DNA of 53,490 nucleotides, counting the filler, from Sphacelaria rigidula (Eukaryota): the NCBI GenBank assembly GCA_964200075.2. It is 5 parts of 5 records of this genome, joined end to end, with 100 filler letters (N's around TTAATTAATTAA, not from the genome) between each part and the next. Parts side by side here need not be neighbours in the genome. Positions count along the whole stretch, not along the records: positions 21,439 to 32,056 come from CAXNAA020006187.1; positions 32,157 to 42,774 come from CAXNAA020006188.1; 3 more parts are not named here. The stretch is one strand, 5' to 3'. Made by a program: the position numbers and the translations under genes. The first letter of the stretch is position 1. Every line of letters begins with the position of its first letter. The notes under the pieces were generated by a model, which ran no database searches, was not told the origin of the DNA, and worked only from the letters and a program-made list of their open reading frames with translations. Below are positions 24,849 through 37,459 of this stretch, piece after piece.

Positions 24849-25793
24849 TACCCTGAACAATACAACGTTTTACTATGATATCAATACTTTATATTGAGGA
24901 CAGCGCGAATATTGGCCTTTCAATATGTATTACGTTAAGATGCCCTCGGAGACATTGAAGTGGCAATATATATTCCTCGTGCCATTATCGCAAAGTAATG
25001 CATGGCAATATATATTGGACACGTTTTTGCTCCGGAAACACAACATTCAATATATATTGTGCATGCCGGCGGTGTATATATTCAAGTGTGAATGTATATT
25101 GAGATGAAGCGATGCATAACATTTTGTTGTCAAAATATATATTGAGCAAAAAACATGTAAGGGTATTGTTTTCCCAAAATGTATTGCACCCGCTCATCGC
25201 ATAGCTATTGTGCAGCCGATATATATATATTGAACACGCTCGCGGAGGACTATATTGAGCGCTTTCGGCATCTGGTGATACACCTTTCAATAGCGCCCGC
25301 GAACATGAAACTGCCCACCTTACTAATTTCTACACACTTTCCAACATACATATTGAATCACCGGTATATATTGCTACACCAATATGCATTGTGATCGTCG
25401 GTTCCCTTGTGTATTGTTCGCCCAATATATATTGGACGCATTGACGCACGACATACTGGGGCGGCAATATATATTTTGGCGCTTCAGGTGTTAAGTATAT
25501 TGAATCGTCAATATATATTGACCTCGTGTGGCAGCCAATATAGTACTCGACAAATATATATAATGGTGCCTTGCCGCACCTACATATTACTCGGCCAATA
25601 TATATTGAGGTGGCGCCTGTCGTGATGTATTGTTCGGTCGATATGTATTTCACATCGCGAGCCTTGACATATTGATGACACAATATATATCGACTTGTCT
25701 CTCCTGCCATCATTTTGCTCGCCCAATATATATTGACCACCCGACGCGTCGACATATTGAGCGAGCAGTATATATTACATATTGCCCCGGGTG
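24849..25793 (+). repeat. Motif/spacer array 2 (blocks of 8 and 10 units), period mostly 42-43 bp
   Basis: Palindromes at 24921, 24964, 25006, 25048, 25090, 25133, 25175, 25217 and at 25380, 25423, 25465, 25509, 25552, 25596, 25639, 25681, 25724, 25766. Bounded by TACCCTGAACAATA and TATTGCCCCGGGTG. Confidence 0.88.
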
Positions 25794-26913
25794 TGGAAGA
25801 TTCAGTACTGGCTACTACTACTCGCATATACCTACATATGCTGTTATGATCATATCCTATACTCTGTAGCTTTATTGCATTGGTGAAAAAAAATGTATGG
25901 TGTACGTGAGAGTCTTTTTTCTTGACTTGGGCCGTTTATTACGGTCGTTTAGCGGGGGGGGCAATAGGGCGTACTTACTTGTTTATCTGTCCTCGTCGTT
26001 TGACCATTGACCACGCACCCTTCTCGAGACGGAGCACCCTTTTTTCTTGTGATAGAGATGCCTCCAATATTTGGACGCTCACTGTGTTTCTTCCATACAC
26101 TGTGCAAAGTTATATATATGCTGTTCCGTTCCTGATCCGCCGTCAGTGGTCACCACCTATCTCGTAGTGCAGCGATCGCTCTCCCGCTTGTGTCCAATCT
26201 ATCAAACGGTTTCGTGCCACCTTCGTTACTTCCCACATATTATGCTGAAGCGTTCTGGGGGGGGGGGAATTGGTGACGGTCGTTTCATATTTGGGGTCTG
26301 CGATCCAGTTTTCTGCCCTAGAACAGGCAATATCGCCGTCACTTGTCTGGAACGGTTTGCATCACCTTACTGTAAGTAGTCTAGCCCACTTTTCCGATCC
26401 GCTTGGCTCCGAGGTTTTCAGAATGGCCTCCGAACAAACGTCCAGCTGAACATGACAAAATGCGATGCTGTGTCATTTTCTCCATGTGACTTTTGCGGTG
26501 TCTTGACACGTTAGATGATAATACCTGCAGACACCACATGTTTTCCTCCAGTCGTATTTTCATCCAGAGGCCCTGCTCGGAACTTCGCAGCCGGGCGAAT
26601 CTGAAGAGTGGGCTAGGATCCTCTCGACGGTGTGATGCAAACTAAAGTGTCCAAGACGCGTGGGGTCATCCTATGATGAGGGGGGGGAGGTATTTTGGGC
26701 CACTTCTTGCACGAAATTCCACCTCAAATCGTTATTGAAAGCAGCAACGGTTGTTCGAACGAGCTTGTTATAGATGAATAACGCTCATCCATGCTTGACA
26801 CCGTTTTGAAGCAAACTTAAGCGCACCGCGAGTGTAGCAAGTCGTCTAACACACATCTGAGCCTTTTGTTTCGTGCAGTAAAATCCCCGCCCCCCCCCCC
26901 CCCTCCCGCTATC

Positions 26914-26938
26914 TATGGCATGCATGATCATGAGTACA
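26914..26938 (+). mobile_element. 25-bp 3'-end-only retroposon insertion with 13-bp TSD
   Basis: TATGGCATGCATGATCATGAGTACA flanked by CCCTCCCGCTATC at 26901-26913 and 26939-26951. Confidence 0.85.
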
Positions 26939-29370
26939 CCCTCCCGCTATCGTAGAAATACTCTGTGATTGCGATATTTTCTCTCTTTGGGGATCAAAAT
27001 CCGTGCCAAATGTCCCAAGGGTGCACAAAACGACCCTCGAAAATATTCCAAACGACAGGAATGGCCTTGGGCACACATTTCTCCACGGGCATGTAGTTTT
27101 TTCACGCAGTGTTGGTGCGCGGCACGAAAAAAACTCGTTGGTTCGTGACCAATATTTTCTGTTTATTCGCCGATATCTGTGTCAGGTGCAGTCACTCTGC
27201 CAAAATTCGTACAAACTGACTTCACCACTCGGGGACGCATTCCGCGATACGATCACCGTGACATCATGTCGAAACCCGTCAAATGTCATGCCGTGCGGGG
27301 ATGTTGAAAGTACAGATACAACGGTGGAGTGCAGCAGTAAAGTGTCTGAGGAGAGGTGCAGAAGAAATAGAAACGTCGTAGGAACTATACATATGCAGTC
27401 ACATGAAGTAGATGAGAAACCAAAGGGTTACAGCGCTACGTACGAGACTTTACCTCATGAACGTAGAATCGGGTAATTCAGAAAACGATATATGCTGTTG
27501 ATAAAACACACATCAACAACACAGCAGCAGGCGGCGTATATCGTACAGAGAACAAGCGAACTACTGGCAATGACAGTCGCGAGTAAGGTGGTTTTCCAGA
27601 CACACCCAGCTTCAGCGAGGTGCATGTATTCCCTCACTATTTTGCTGGTCATCCGACAATGTGTAGGTGTTGTGGCGTAGCGCTCACATTAAAACATTCC
27701 CGTCATCATATTGTACAATCACATCTCGAGAAAAGAGATTAAGCCCGGATATGACAGCCGATCATTGAGGATGGAGATTTTCATTGAGGGTGAAAACCCG
27801 ACAAAACCAATATTCGTGTGTCCACACCTATTCTCAAGTACTAAATATCATACCAACCTGGATCCCAATAACTAAAATTTGGGGGTCGTGGGTGAAAGCC
27901 TCATCCTCGGGAATTCCAGTGATCCGTTCAAAATTTCGGGTATCGGAATTCACGTTTGTATGGCGTGTAGTATAGTTGCTATTCGCTACCAGTGGGTGAA
28001 GGAAAGCAGCCATGCTCCGACGCAATGGTGTGGATACGATGATTCGAATATTCCGTGTCCTCCTCAATGACAAACTTCATCCTCAACTTTGATATAGTCC
28101 ACATTCGCTCCTTACGACAATTCCTTACTCATGGTGTATTGAACGATTCCCAACAAAACTCCAGAATAAAACCCAGCCCATGAATTTGAGCCACAAGTGC
28201 GTGTGGACCCCATCGCCGACAACCTATACACAGGAGGAGTAGGTAACTCCTCTATCCGCTGTGAAAGTATTTGCTCATGACTATTTTCAACCATTAGACA
28301 CAGGAGGACTACGCAGCCGCTCTAGAATAGTATACACACCAAGCAACTCATTTCTACTCAATTGTCGAAACCATTAAATACATTTTGTACGAGCATTAAA
28401 ACGCCATCCGGTGTAAGTCTAAACTTCAATCCCACCTCTTTGGTGTTAAACCAACCGTGTGGATTGGTGCTAGCAGCCCCTTGACACCCCCTCGAAAAGC
28501 CCTTTTCCTCGCGAACCCCACCAAGTTCGTCACCTGGGTAGCCGTCATGACCTGAAGAACGCGCTCCTTTCCGAAGCCGTTCTTTGTTAAACAGACCTGG
28601 TCGTTCCCCCCCCCCCCCGCGCGGCAGGTGTCGCTCACTTGTTGATGAAGTCGTATCCCTCCTCTCCAGGGCCGCCAAAGGTCTCCGAACAAGGGTGGTA
28701 TGTCGAAAGCTGCACCCATCAAAGGACACGTGTCCGTGATGAGCTTAGTGTCGACGCGTTCGCACCTCGGAAGTTTGGGCTGTGGATCCATCACGAATCA
28801 CTCCACCTCCCCCCAAGTGAACTTTGTCAATGATCAGACGACTAAGGCAAGCAACACATGAGAACGCCCCCCAAGTGAACTTTGCTTTCGGATTCATATG
28901 GGGATCACATGGCGAAGTATGCCCTCGCTACGGTAATCTGGGGATGACGCGTCCCAGACACCTTCTCGTCTGACGACGATGCCCATGCTTTGGTCTCTGT
29001 CCAGCGTGGAAGATTTTCCACTGCTCAGCTTGTGTTTACCGGACAGGCCGACGACGAAGGGCCGAGTGAAGGCACACTGAACTGTTTCATGCATGTTGGG
29101 GTCGCCGACGGAATCCCCCTCCCCTCTTTGGATGCAGCGCTACCCGGAACTACTGGCGCTCGATCATGCGGTTCGCTTTGTTTGATAAACGAAAGCTCGG
29201 GTATTCACTGTGCTTACCAAGCACACGCTTTCGTGTGGAACGTCCTCACTCCACATTGCAGGTTATCTAGATGCGTAATTTTTACGTGTCGAAGACCGAA
29301 CCACCCCAAAAATACTGCCCTCGCCGCCCTTTGCCGCTTTGCCTTGTAAACTGCCCTTTTGCTTCCCAAG

Positions 29371-30618
29371 GTGCCATCGCCGTGCATACCGCTTCAATTG
29401 TAGCAGAGGGAGCAACAAACTTCAACAGTAACAGAGCCAAGAACGGAGCGGGGGGTGGGATATACTGCACTGTTGCAGTGGCTTCTTTCGAAGGCTCCAC
29501 TTTCACGGAAAACGAGGCCGTCTGGGGGGGAGGTCAGTGGTAGCTTTTGTCGGGGCCGATTTTTGAGCTCATGCCTTCTCTCTTCGGTCGCAGCGATACA
29601 TCCTTTGCGGTGAACCTAGTTCGAAGAATGTTCTTCAACTATTACGTATCTCACTTCAAGAGCTGCGCTGCCTCGCCCATCATTGTTACGTGTAAAGGCC
29701 AGGCCGGAAGCTAAACCCACTGATGTGAAGATGTCACAGCTGTTCCTTTGTGGTTGTAAGCATGCACTGGGCATTCTGCTGTCAAATGCGTAGGAGCAGC
29801 ACCAAGGACCGCGTTCCACGCCATTAAAGGTCCGAAATATGGAACTTGCCCCGTGGGAAGTGAATTGGCTCATGTCTTTTCGGGCTTCGCCAGATAACCA
29901 TGAACCATATCATCGTCTTTTCCCTCTTGCTCCCTTCCTTCCCCCTCACGTGTGGATCAATGACGTCCGAGATCAGGCCTGGCCCTTTTTTCCTCTGGTT
30001 CTGAGTGGGACATGTATTCACCTAACGACACCGGGCCTACCAATACGGCCATGTGTATCTTTGAACGGAACAAGGCTGTGGACGGGGGTGCCATGTACAG
30101 CGCCGCCGGGTATGACATGATCACAAACTCTTCGTGTGAGGAAATTTTGGCAGGTATAGCCAGAGCGTTGTGCCTAGTGATTCCAACTAGAAATCGTTTC
30201 AACTGTATACCGTGGTATTCGATTTTCGAGGGTGCTCAGCAGAGATCAAAACACATGAAATCGTAAAGACAATTATATGTCAAACAAGACGGCGAAAAAA
30301 GCTTGATTCCCTTCCAACAGTGAATGCCGAGCACAGCTGCCATCTTCCGCATGACGCCCCGCATTATGTCATTACTTTTCCTTGTTTCTTCAACTTCTTC
30401 GTTTCACGGCAGAGGGGTCCGGCGGGGCGTACCTGCATTCCGGAGTTCTGGTTGAACTTGGCGGCTCTAAATTCGTCGGAAATAGAGCCGGTGATGCTGG
30501 TCTGGCAGTGTCGAGTCTCGGAATGGTGAAAGATATTTCCAACACGTCCTTCGAGTCGAACACCAACTATTGCCCTTCTGGGGAGTACGGCTACGACATT
30601 GATAAATTCGAAGACGAG
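29371..30618 (+). pseudogene. Exons of a brown-algal polymorphic outer membrane protein/adhesin-like (GGA-FxxN repeat) gene; fragmentary
   Basis: Exons 29371-29532 (FNSNRAKNGAGGGIY, FTENEAVWGG), ~30012-30153 (FERNKAVDGGAMYSAAG) and 30413-30618 (GGAYLHSG, FVGNRAGDAGLAV, FESNTNYCPSGEYGYD), with GT donors. The middle exon lacks a clear acceptor and flanking exons were not found. Confidence 0.7.
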
Positions 30619-32056
30619 GTGACCAAACTACAGTATTGCCGAGTAGCTTGCCAGTGGATAACTACGCTTCACGTTTCGGTTGGAAATGGTACCGAGTGTT
30701 GAGCCTTGCATGGATGTAGCATTTTAGTTCGTCAATTTCGCTGATGTCCGCACAGTTGGTTTGCCCGAAGATTGCTCCCGTACGCAGCTGTGATGGTGTC
30801 GCTCATTTCATTGCGGGCTGACTTTATGTGGGAAGACCTGTTCAACAACAGTAAATACTACACTCCGACGGTTTCCTCGCCTGTTGCCCTGGTCACCCTG
30901 CCCTCGTGATGGTCAAGTGGAAGCACCGATAGCAGCAGTGCATGCCTTACAAACCATACGAGCTGGTTGCCGTCATACCTCTGAATCCTCCCCGAAAATT
31001 GCACGATATATTGGGGGTAAGTTCGTGTTCCCCGAGGGAGTGTCGCCTCGACATGGAACGGAGCACTGTCACACTGTAATGCGTGAGAGGGCCGCATTGT
31101 GGTTCGAAACACCTCAGGATCGACGTTTTTCGGAGTCAATGGCCGGCCAGTTCCTGCAGGGACCACGCCCCTGACCTTAACCCCCACACTAACCCTAGCC
31201 ATGGGGGTGTTCAAACTTCGATCCGATCCTTTGAGCACGCGGCCCCCTCACGGACTACAACACGCTGACACAGAAATCCCCACCCTTACGTTCTCTGGTT
31301 ACTTTTCAACCCAGAATTGAACCCATCTTTCCCCCGGACGACCGTATCAAATGGGTTATGAAATGGACTGGTAAATATCGCCATGAAAGCTGGAACTGGC
31401 GACGAGGGCACAATTTATCGAGCTCATCCGAGTGATAGCTAATACCAATTTGAGTTCCTTGATCGTATAACGAGAAAGTTTGCCCGTCGCTGCTTGATCG
31501 CTGACATTCCAGGTGTTATCTACTTGTTCAGTCCGGTCTGCTCTGTTGATACGTCGTGTCTCTGCTATTTTCTCTCTTCCGACCACAGCGTGCAGATCGA
31601 CGGTTGAACCAATTGAGAGAATACAAACACAAATTGAGAAGCGTGACTTATATACGATGGAACACTTGTTGCGGAAGTGCCGAACGCCAGATCTTAAGCG
31701 TCAATTGAGCGGTGGGAAGCGTTCTGAATAGAACGCAGCATTTGCTCAGCACACCTCGAAGTGATGGAGCGGATATACACCAAGGTTTCTTGTTTCATTG
31801 CACGACATCTGGAAACAGAAATGATGAGCGACAACTCACAACCACAAGACAAGCTACAGTATGGCATGCTATCGAACTTCATGCAAGCGTGTCCAGTGCG
31901 GACGTGAAGATATTCGTGCTTTTATCCCCACGTGTCACCAGGCTGGTCTTCCTTGTTCCCATCACCCACCCCTGGTGGACACTCTTTTTTTGCTACATAC
32001 CACCACTGGATTTGTTTTGAATCGCTCATCACTTCAGACGATGGAGCCACTCCTTT

Positions 32057-32156
32057 NNNNNNNNNNNNNNNNNNNNNNNNNNNNNNNNNNNNNNNNNNNN
32101 TTAATTAATTAANNNNNNNNNNNNNNNNNNNNNNNNNNNNNNNNNNNNNNNNNNNN
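32057..32156. other. Artificial contig linker
   Basis: N44-TTAATTAATTAA-N44. Confidence 0.98.
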
Positions 32157-32769
32157 CGTAACGCGTCATGTTCAGTATGTCGAAAAATCGAGAGAAATTA
32201 CTCGGGTAAGCACCCTTGTTCCTCTACACCACAGGGAAAAAGATGGCAGCGTACGGATCCCATGTCTTGCGCGAGGAACAGCATCCTGATCATGCCCGAC
32301 AGGGTGGAGGGGGTGGGGGTGTTCGTCAGGCACGGTTAAGACGGGCACTGTTCGTGTCTTGGTATCGATCAGCTGCGGCTTTGTGCTTCCCCCCTCAATC
32401 AAGAAGTCGGTTTCAAGGCAACATGGATAACCCATTGCCCACAAGATTCCGTTACGGAAACGACTCGGATACTCCCCTTCGAACATTTCCCTCTGGCGAG
32501 AAGAATGATGCTTGTCTTTCATCGAATTCGAGAACGCGAGCAGGTGTTCTACGCACGGTGCTACCATCGTTTGCGGTCGACAAGCGTTGACGCCGTCTAC
32601 TCTCATCAACGGGTACCCCCGGAACAAAACCACGCACAACGCGACAGGACCATGAACCACCCCCCCCCCCCTCAAACCCCCTATCCCAATCCAACCCTAT
32701 CAAAACAGACCCTCGTATTCAAAACCGAAGCCGCAAACATGATATCCGTCAATCTCCCGCGCCGTCATT

Positions 32770-33435
32770 GGCTGTGATACCGTCTTCATCGGCAGTGTCT
32801 TCAGCTTCATCTGCATCGTCTTCCTCATCATCGTCGCAGGGACTAGCTAGCGGCTGGGGTGATTCCAAGCCACCTTTTCTTAAATCCAGGGCCCCTTACA
32901 ATAAGATCCCCGGCACCAATGACTAATGGCTTCTCCGCCGCTAATCTACTGCTCCGCACGCGAGGTGTTGGTACACAAGCAAGGAGAGCGTGCCTATCTC
33001 CACCTTCGCTGCCTACAGCGGCGGCAAGTTGTAGACGGGGAATCTGCGACAAATGTCGATGGCCCCATCATCGACCGTTGCTTCCCACGTGAGGTACAAA
33101 AATGGGCATGTCTCCGCCGCTGCTAGGTATAACGCCGCCTTTGCTTTACACGTCTCCATGCCAAGGTCCAACATTCTCCTCAGTTCTTTGTTGGTAGCTA
33201 CCAAAATAAGGTGGATATACTGCTCCTCTACAACATGGTCGACATATTGAAGGGCGTCCTCCGGAGTGTCGTATATTATATACTTCCCGCAGACGGGAAT
33301 GTCCGGATAGGCGACGTCTTGGCCTTGTTTCGCGATCACGTGCAGCCTGTTGACCTGATCTAGACTCGAAAACTGTGACCAAATTGGATTGCACGCGCGG
33401 CGGAGGTGAATGCGCGAGACGCGGTTCCTAGTCAC
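32770..33435 (-). pseudogene. Decayed coding fragment of unknown family with an acidic tail
   Basis: Protein-like 140-aa ORF (YDTPEDALQYVDHVVEEQYIHLILV...), followed after stops by DDDEEDDADEAED. Confidence 0.3.
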
Positions 33436-34932
33436 GTCGCGAAGAGAGGAAGCAATAATGTGTAATACACTTCAAGCATTCACTGTAGACGTGTGAAAAC
33501 GATGGTACGAGATCCCGCGACAAACCCCACCCCTCAGATTCTCAGCGATACACACTCTGCATGATCCCAAACGAAGGATTCGAAGCGCGATACGCATTCT
33601 GTCTGGCATGCCGTGCCCATTTCCTTCGAAATCTCCGCGTCGCGACTAGAAGGGTGGGAGGTGACAAGACGACCCCCGAGTGATGGCCTTCTCACACGCC
33701 CGTCCCATAATTTAGGGCACTGAAGGGCAATAATACGTTGTCTGGGTATAATGGTCGTTGTGACGGCTTTACAGATGGGTTCGTTACGAAGTTAGAGGGC
33801 AGACTCAGCCGACGTAAAGATAGAATAACGAGTTCTTTACTTGAAATGGGCCGAAATATACCCGAGCATCGCACTTATTCTACTATTTCGAAGCACTCAT
33901 GGAAGGTTTCGGCCGTTGTCGAGCCGAACAGCGCTGGTTTTACCAGCAAGGTTGGTCAGTGAAGAAGGCAGTGGGGTCCAACAAACGGTAATACGTAAAA
34001 GTAGTGGTTGATTCGCGATTGTGATTACCGTTCGTTGTTTTTTTAGAATGTTGTTTTTCTCTGGAGTTTAGAAAGGGGGGTGTGCGGCCATTTTCGGGCT
34101 CGAGTATTTGTTTTCATTCGTACGAAGCAAGCACCGAATGTAGACAAGATATGCTTTTCACCGGAAATATAGTACAAAAAAGATACAAAGACAAAATCCG
34201 GGCAAGGTGATGGGCCCGTACAGTTTAGGGTATCCTCTTGTATGATACAGGGAAACTATATTTGACTCGCAAATGCGTCAAGAAATATGCGAAAAGACTA
34301 AAACTGGTGCGTAGGTGCCCGCTAGCCTGATTACCACCTTGTCCTCACTGTGCGACCCTCGGACGGCCAAGAAGCAGGTAAACAAGACTCGATATGAACA
34401 CCGTTTGGGTCGCCCGAGGCACTCTCACCTCCACTGCGTATCCGAACGGCTGCACGGCGGTCTTCATGACCTCTCCAGCAGTCTTCATCAGAAGTACCGG
34501 CGGCAGGAGTCAGTAATGCCGGCGGGGTCGTGTCGGCCGGCAGCTTCGACGGGAGCAACCCTGGGCCCACATACACTGCGCCGCCGATATCGTGCTGCCG
34601 AGAAATAGAGGGTGAAAACGAGCCCGGCGGCAGTTGGAAAGATTGGTGAGAGTTCATGAAACCTCTCAAAAACGAAAACCTGTTACACCTGCATAAAGAG
34701 CCGCCGCTACGGCAATCAGAGAACACGACCTTTATTTCCGCTTGTATACAGGCGGTGGTGTTTTACACTCCTTCACCAGTACTACCGGAAACGATGCAGT
34801 TGAATTCCGTGCCTGAGCAACGAGGCCCGTCACCGATCAGCTCGCGACAGCGAATATATGTCTCAACTTTCCTAGAATAAAGTCAACTATCGACGGGGAG
34901 TAACGCACCAGCTCCAAGGGCCGTAGAAGGTT

Positions 34933-35770
34933 TCACTTGTAGACCGCCTCGAATTCCTTCATGGCATTGCCTTCCTGTTCTTCAGCCGGCAGGCTTTCTC
35001 CCGTCTCTGATATCGTCTTGTCTACGGACGATATATAGTCCCCCACGAACAGCTGGAGATCTTCCAACCCGTACGTATCGTCTATCATTTTGTGCACCCC
35101 GCTGTTCACAGAAATCGGAATCGAAAACATCAAACGTCGCACCACACGTCGCACCACATTCTGTGACAGGTCGACTAGTGTGCAGTGATATTTACGCACA
35201 CGGCGGCGCATTCTTACGTGGTCGCCGGAGCACCTTAGCTCGGGCGGCGGCCGGGCTACAGATTAACGGCACTCACTCCTCAAACCTGTCCGTCCAAGCA
35301 AGACGAGGCACCACGCTCTCGATTCTCTCCACCAGGTTGTGCTCGATGCGGGCGTTTTTGGTGATCCGATCGCAATCTTTCGGTATGGGTGTCATCTTGT
35401 TCGCCCTCGAATGTCTGTCGTGGTACGGTCGAAAATCGAGGATGAATGTTGTTTGGGTACAGTCCTTGAGATCTTTCGTAAGCATCGCGATACATTGGAA
35501 ATAAAGACATATCTGCACTCTCCGCCTGTGAAATGTGGCCTCGCTCATCCTCGAAAACAGCCATCTGCAATTCCTGACCTCCGGTGTTTACACGGAACGA
35601 TATCATCCTCCAGTGATTCTGGTACAAAACACTACGATGAGTGAGGTCGCACATCACAGCCGGAGAATGCTCTTGTATTTTAATTTTGAAAACCTTTTCG
35701 ATGTTCATGAAGGTTCCCGAGGTTCGTCCTCTACCAAAAATACTATCTTCAATTTTGAAAATAGACTGCT
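34933..35770 (-). pseudogene. Frameshifted intronless ORF remnant (virus- or transposon-like, unassigned)
   Basis: Three successive protein-like minus-strand ORF pieces: 35280-35789, 35273-35548 and 34933-35211. Confidence 0.3.
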
Positions 35771-35784
35771 TCGAGCGGAGGGGG

Positions 35785-35850
35785 TGCACTCATGATCATG
35801 CATGCCATAGTCATAAGACCCTTGATCTCGCATCCCTACAATGCCGGGAC
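35785..35850 (-). mobile_element. 66-bp retroposon copy with 13-bp TSD
   Basis: CGAGCGGAGGGGG at 35772-35784 and 35851-35863 flanks TGCACTCATGATCATGCATGCCATAG...GCCGGGAC. Confidence 0.85.
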
Positions 35851-37459
35851 CGAGCGGAGGGGGGGGGGGCATGTGTAGTTATATCCTGGATAATTGGTCC
35901 TGATGGTCCATTAAACAGGACACATACCACATGACACTCTCTCGTCATCCTTCGGTGCGGCGAGTTAATGAAAGATAACTCGAGATTATCACAACAAGCG
36001 ACTGGATGTACCGGCGGTGCATACCTTACGAGCATATTGACGGCGATCGATTGCGCTGCGGGTTCGGCGTGTAGATCGCCGTAAGCCTTGCTCTTCAGGT
36101 ACGTCAGCGAAATACATTTCGATACCGGGGTCCGACGTCTGGAACGCCCAGGCAATTGCTTTCATTGCTTCCGGTGTAGTGGCGAAGCAGGCCTTTCGCC
36201 AGTGCCGCATCGTCACTAGCGACAGAGAATTCAAACCCAGCTGTTTTCGGTGACGAGGGGACACCAACGGGCCGTGGAGAAAAACATATAGCAGATGCGG
36301 TGAAATCGAGTCGGCCATTTTAGCGTCCGTGGATGTGCAAAATGATCCATAGTACCGTACACAACTTCTCCCGACTGAACAGAATATCGGTACCGGCTCT
36401 CACATCGAATCGCCGCGCCCCCGCTCCAGAGCGGCAACTTCACTGCGACCGTCGTGCGTGCTGTATTACATACGTGATCGAGGTCTGTTGTGTTCGCTGC
36501 ACACTGGGTTGTTTCTCGGCGCATGAGCGGGTGGGAGATGCAGTACACGCGTCGCAAACCCTCCGGCAACTAGTTTACAACAATACAAACGGACTTGACT
36601 CGGTGCCTTGATGTATCATAAATGACCCGCGGCGCACATGTGATACAATACGAATTTAAACTTCACCCAACGCCCACTACCGTCCCCGTATAATGCAGAC
36701 CCGGTTTTGTAGTACCCCGTCTTTCACATTCCATTACTCACGTTCGTGAACTCCTTTGCTATTTGCCCCCCGTAACGTCATCACTCCCCGTCCTCTCCTG
36801 GACCGACGTTATGATCCCAACGTACATGTAAAGCTTGTCGTACGTGTTGCGGGGAGACAGAGTCTCGCCGACATCGTTTAAAGCTGTTCGAAAGCAGGCA
36901 GGCAGAAGCAACGCCTGCTTCTTCACTGTTGTGGTATGCAGGCTGCAGGCGGCGGTGCAGTGGATTGTGTAACGGAGAGGTGGGGGGTGGGGGAGGGGGA
37001 TAGAGCGAGGGACAGTGAGAACATCCTAATATTGCGGTTAGTTGAAGGTCACGATCGGTACATGTTACCCACAAAGCCACCTGTACTCGTAATTCGACCA
37101 CGTATCTGGGTCATATCACTCTCGCATGAGTACTGATAAGCCATGTTCTTCGATAACACCTAACTTTGTAGCTAGTACAACGGTATCTTTCTTTCGAGCT
37201 CTACTTTCGGTACAATGGTGACCAACTTGCCGCGTGGCAGGTGCCATACCGCTGAAACAATCCCACCAGCCAGGCAAGTGAAAATACCTAAATATTCCGG
37301 TATTTGTCGACATGTGTCCCATTCTCTGATGACGCTTCGGGTGCACATGGCCACTTGCACAAAGGATCACAGGATATGTGCCGCAACATTCTGACGGTCA
37401 GGGCACGTTGAGTTGTGGTCTCCTAAAGATTGATCCAAACGCGGAACAACGCCAACTTC

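Noticed and set aside
21890-25793. Calling the arrays a true CRISPR locus
   Set aside because: Eukaryotic context, no cas genes, degenerate bipartite repeats and spacers of only 17-18 nt. Reported as CRISPR-like architecture only.
31170-31200. Telomere-like TAACCC motifs (also near 32675-32700 and 41692-41703)
   Set aside because: Too short and degenerate to be an interstitial telomere array.
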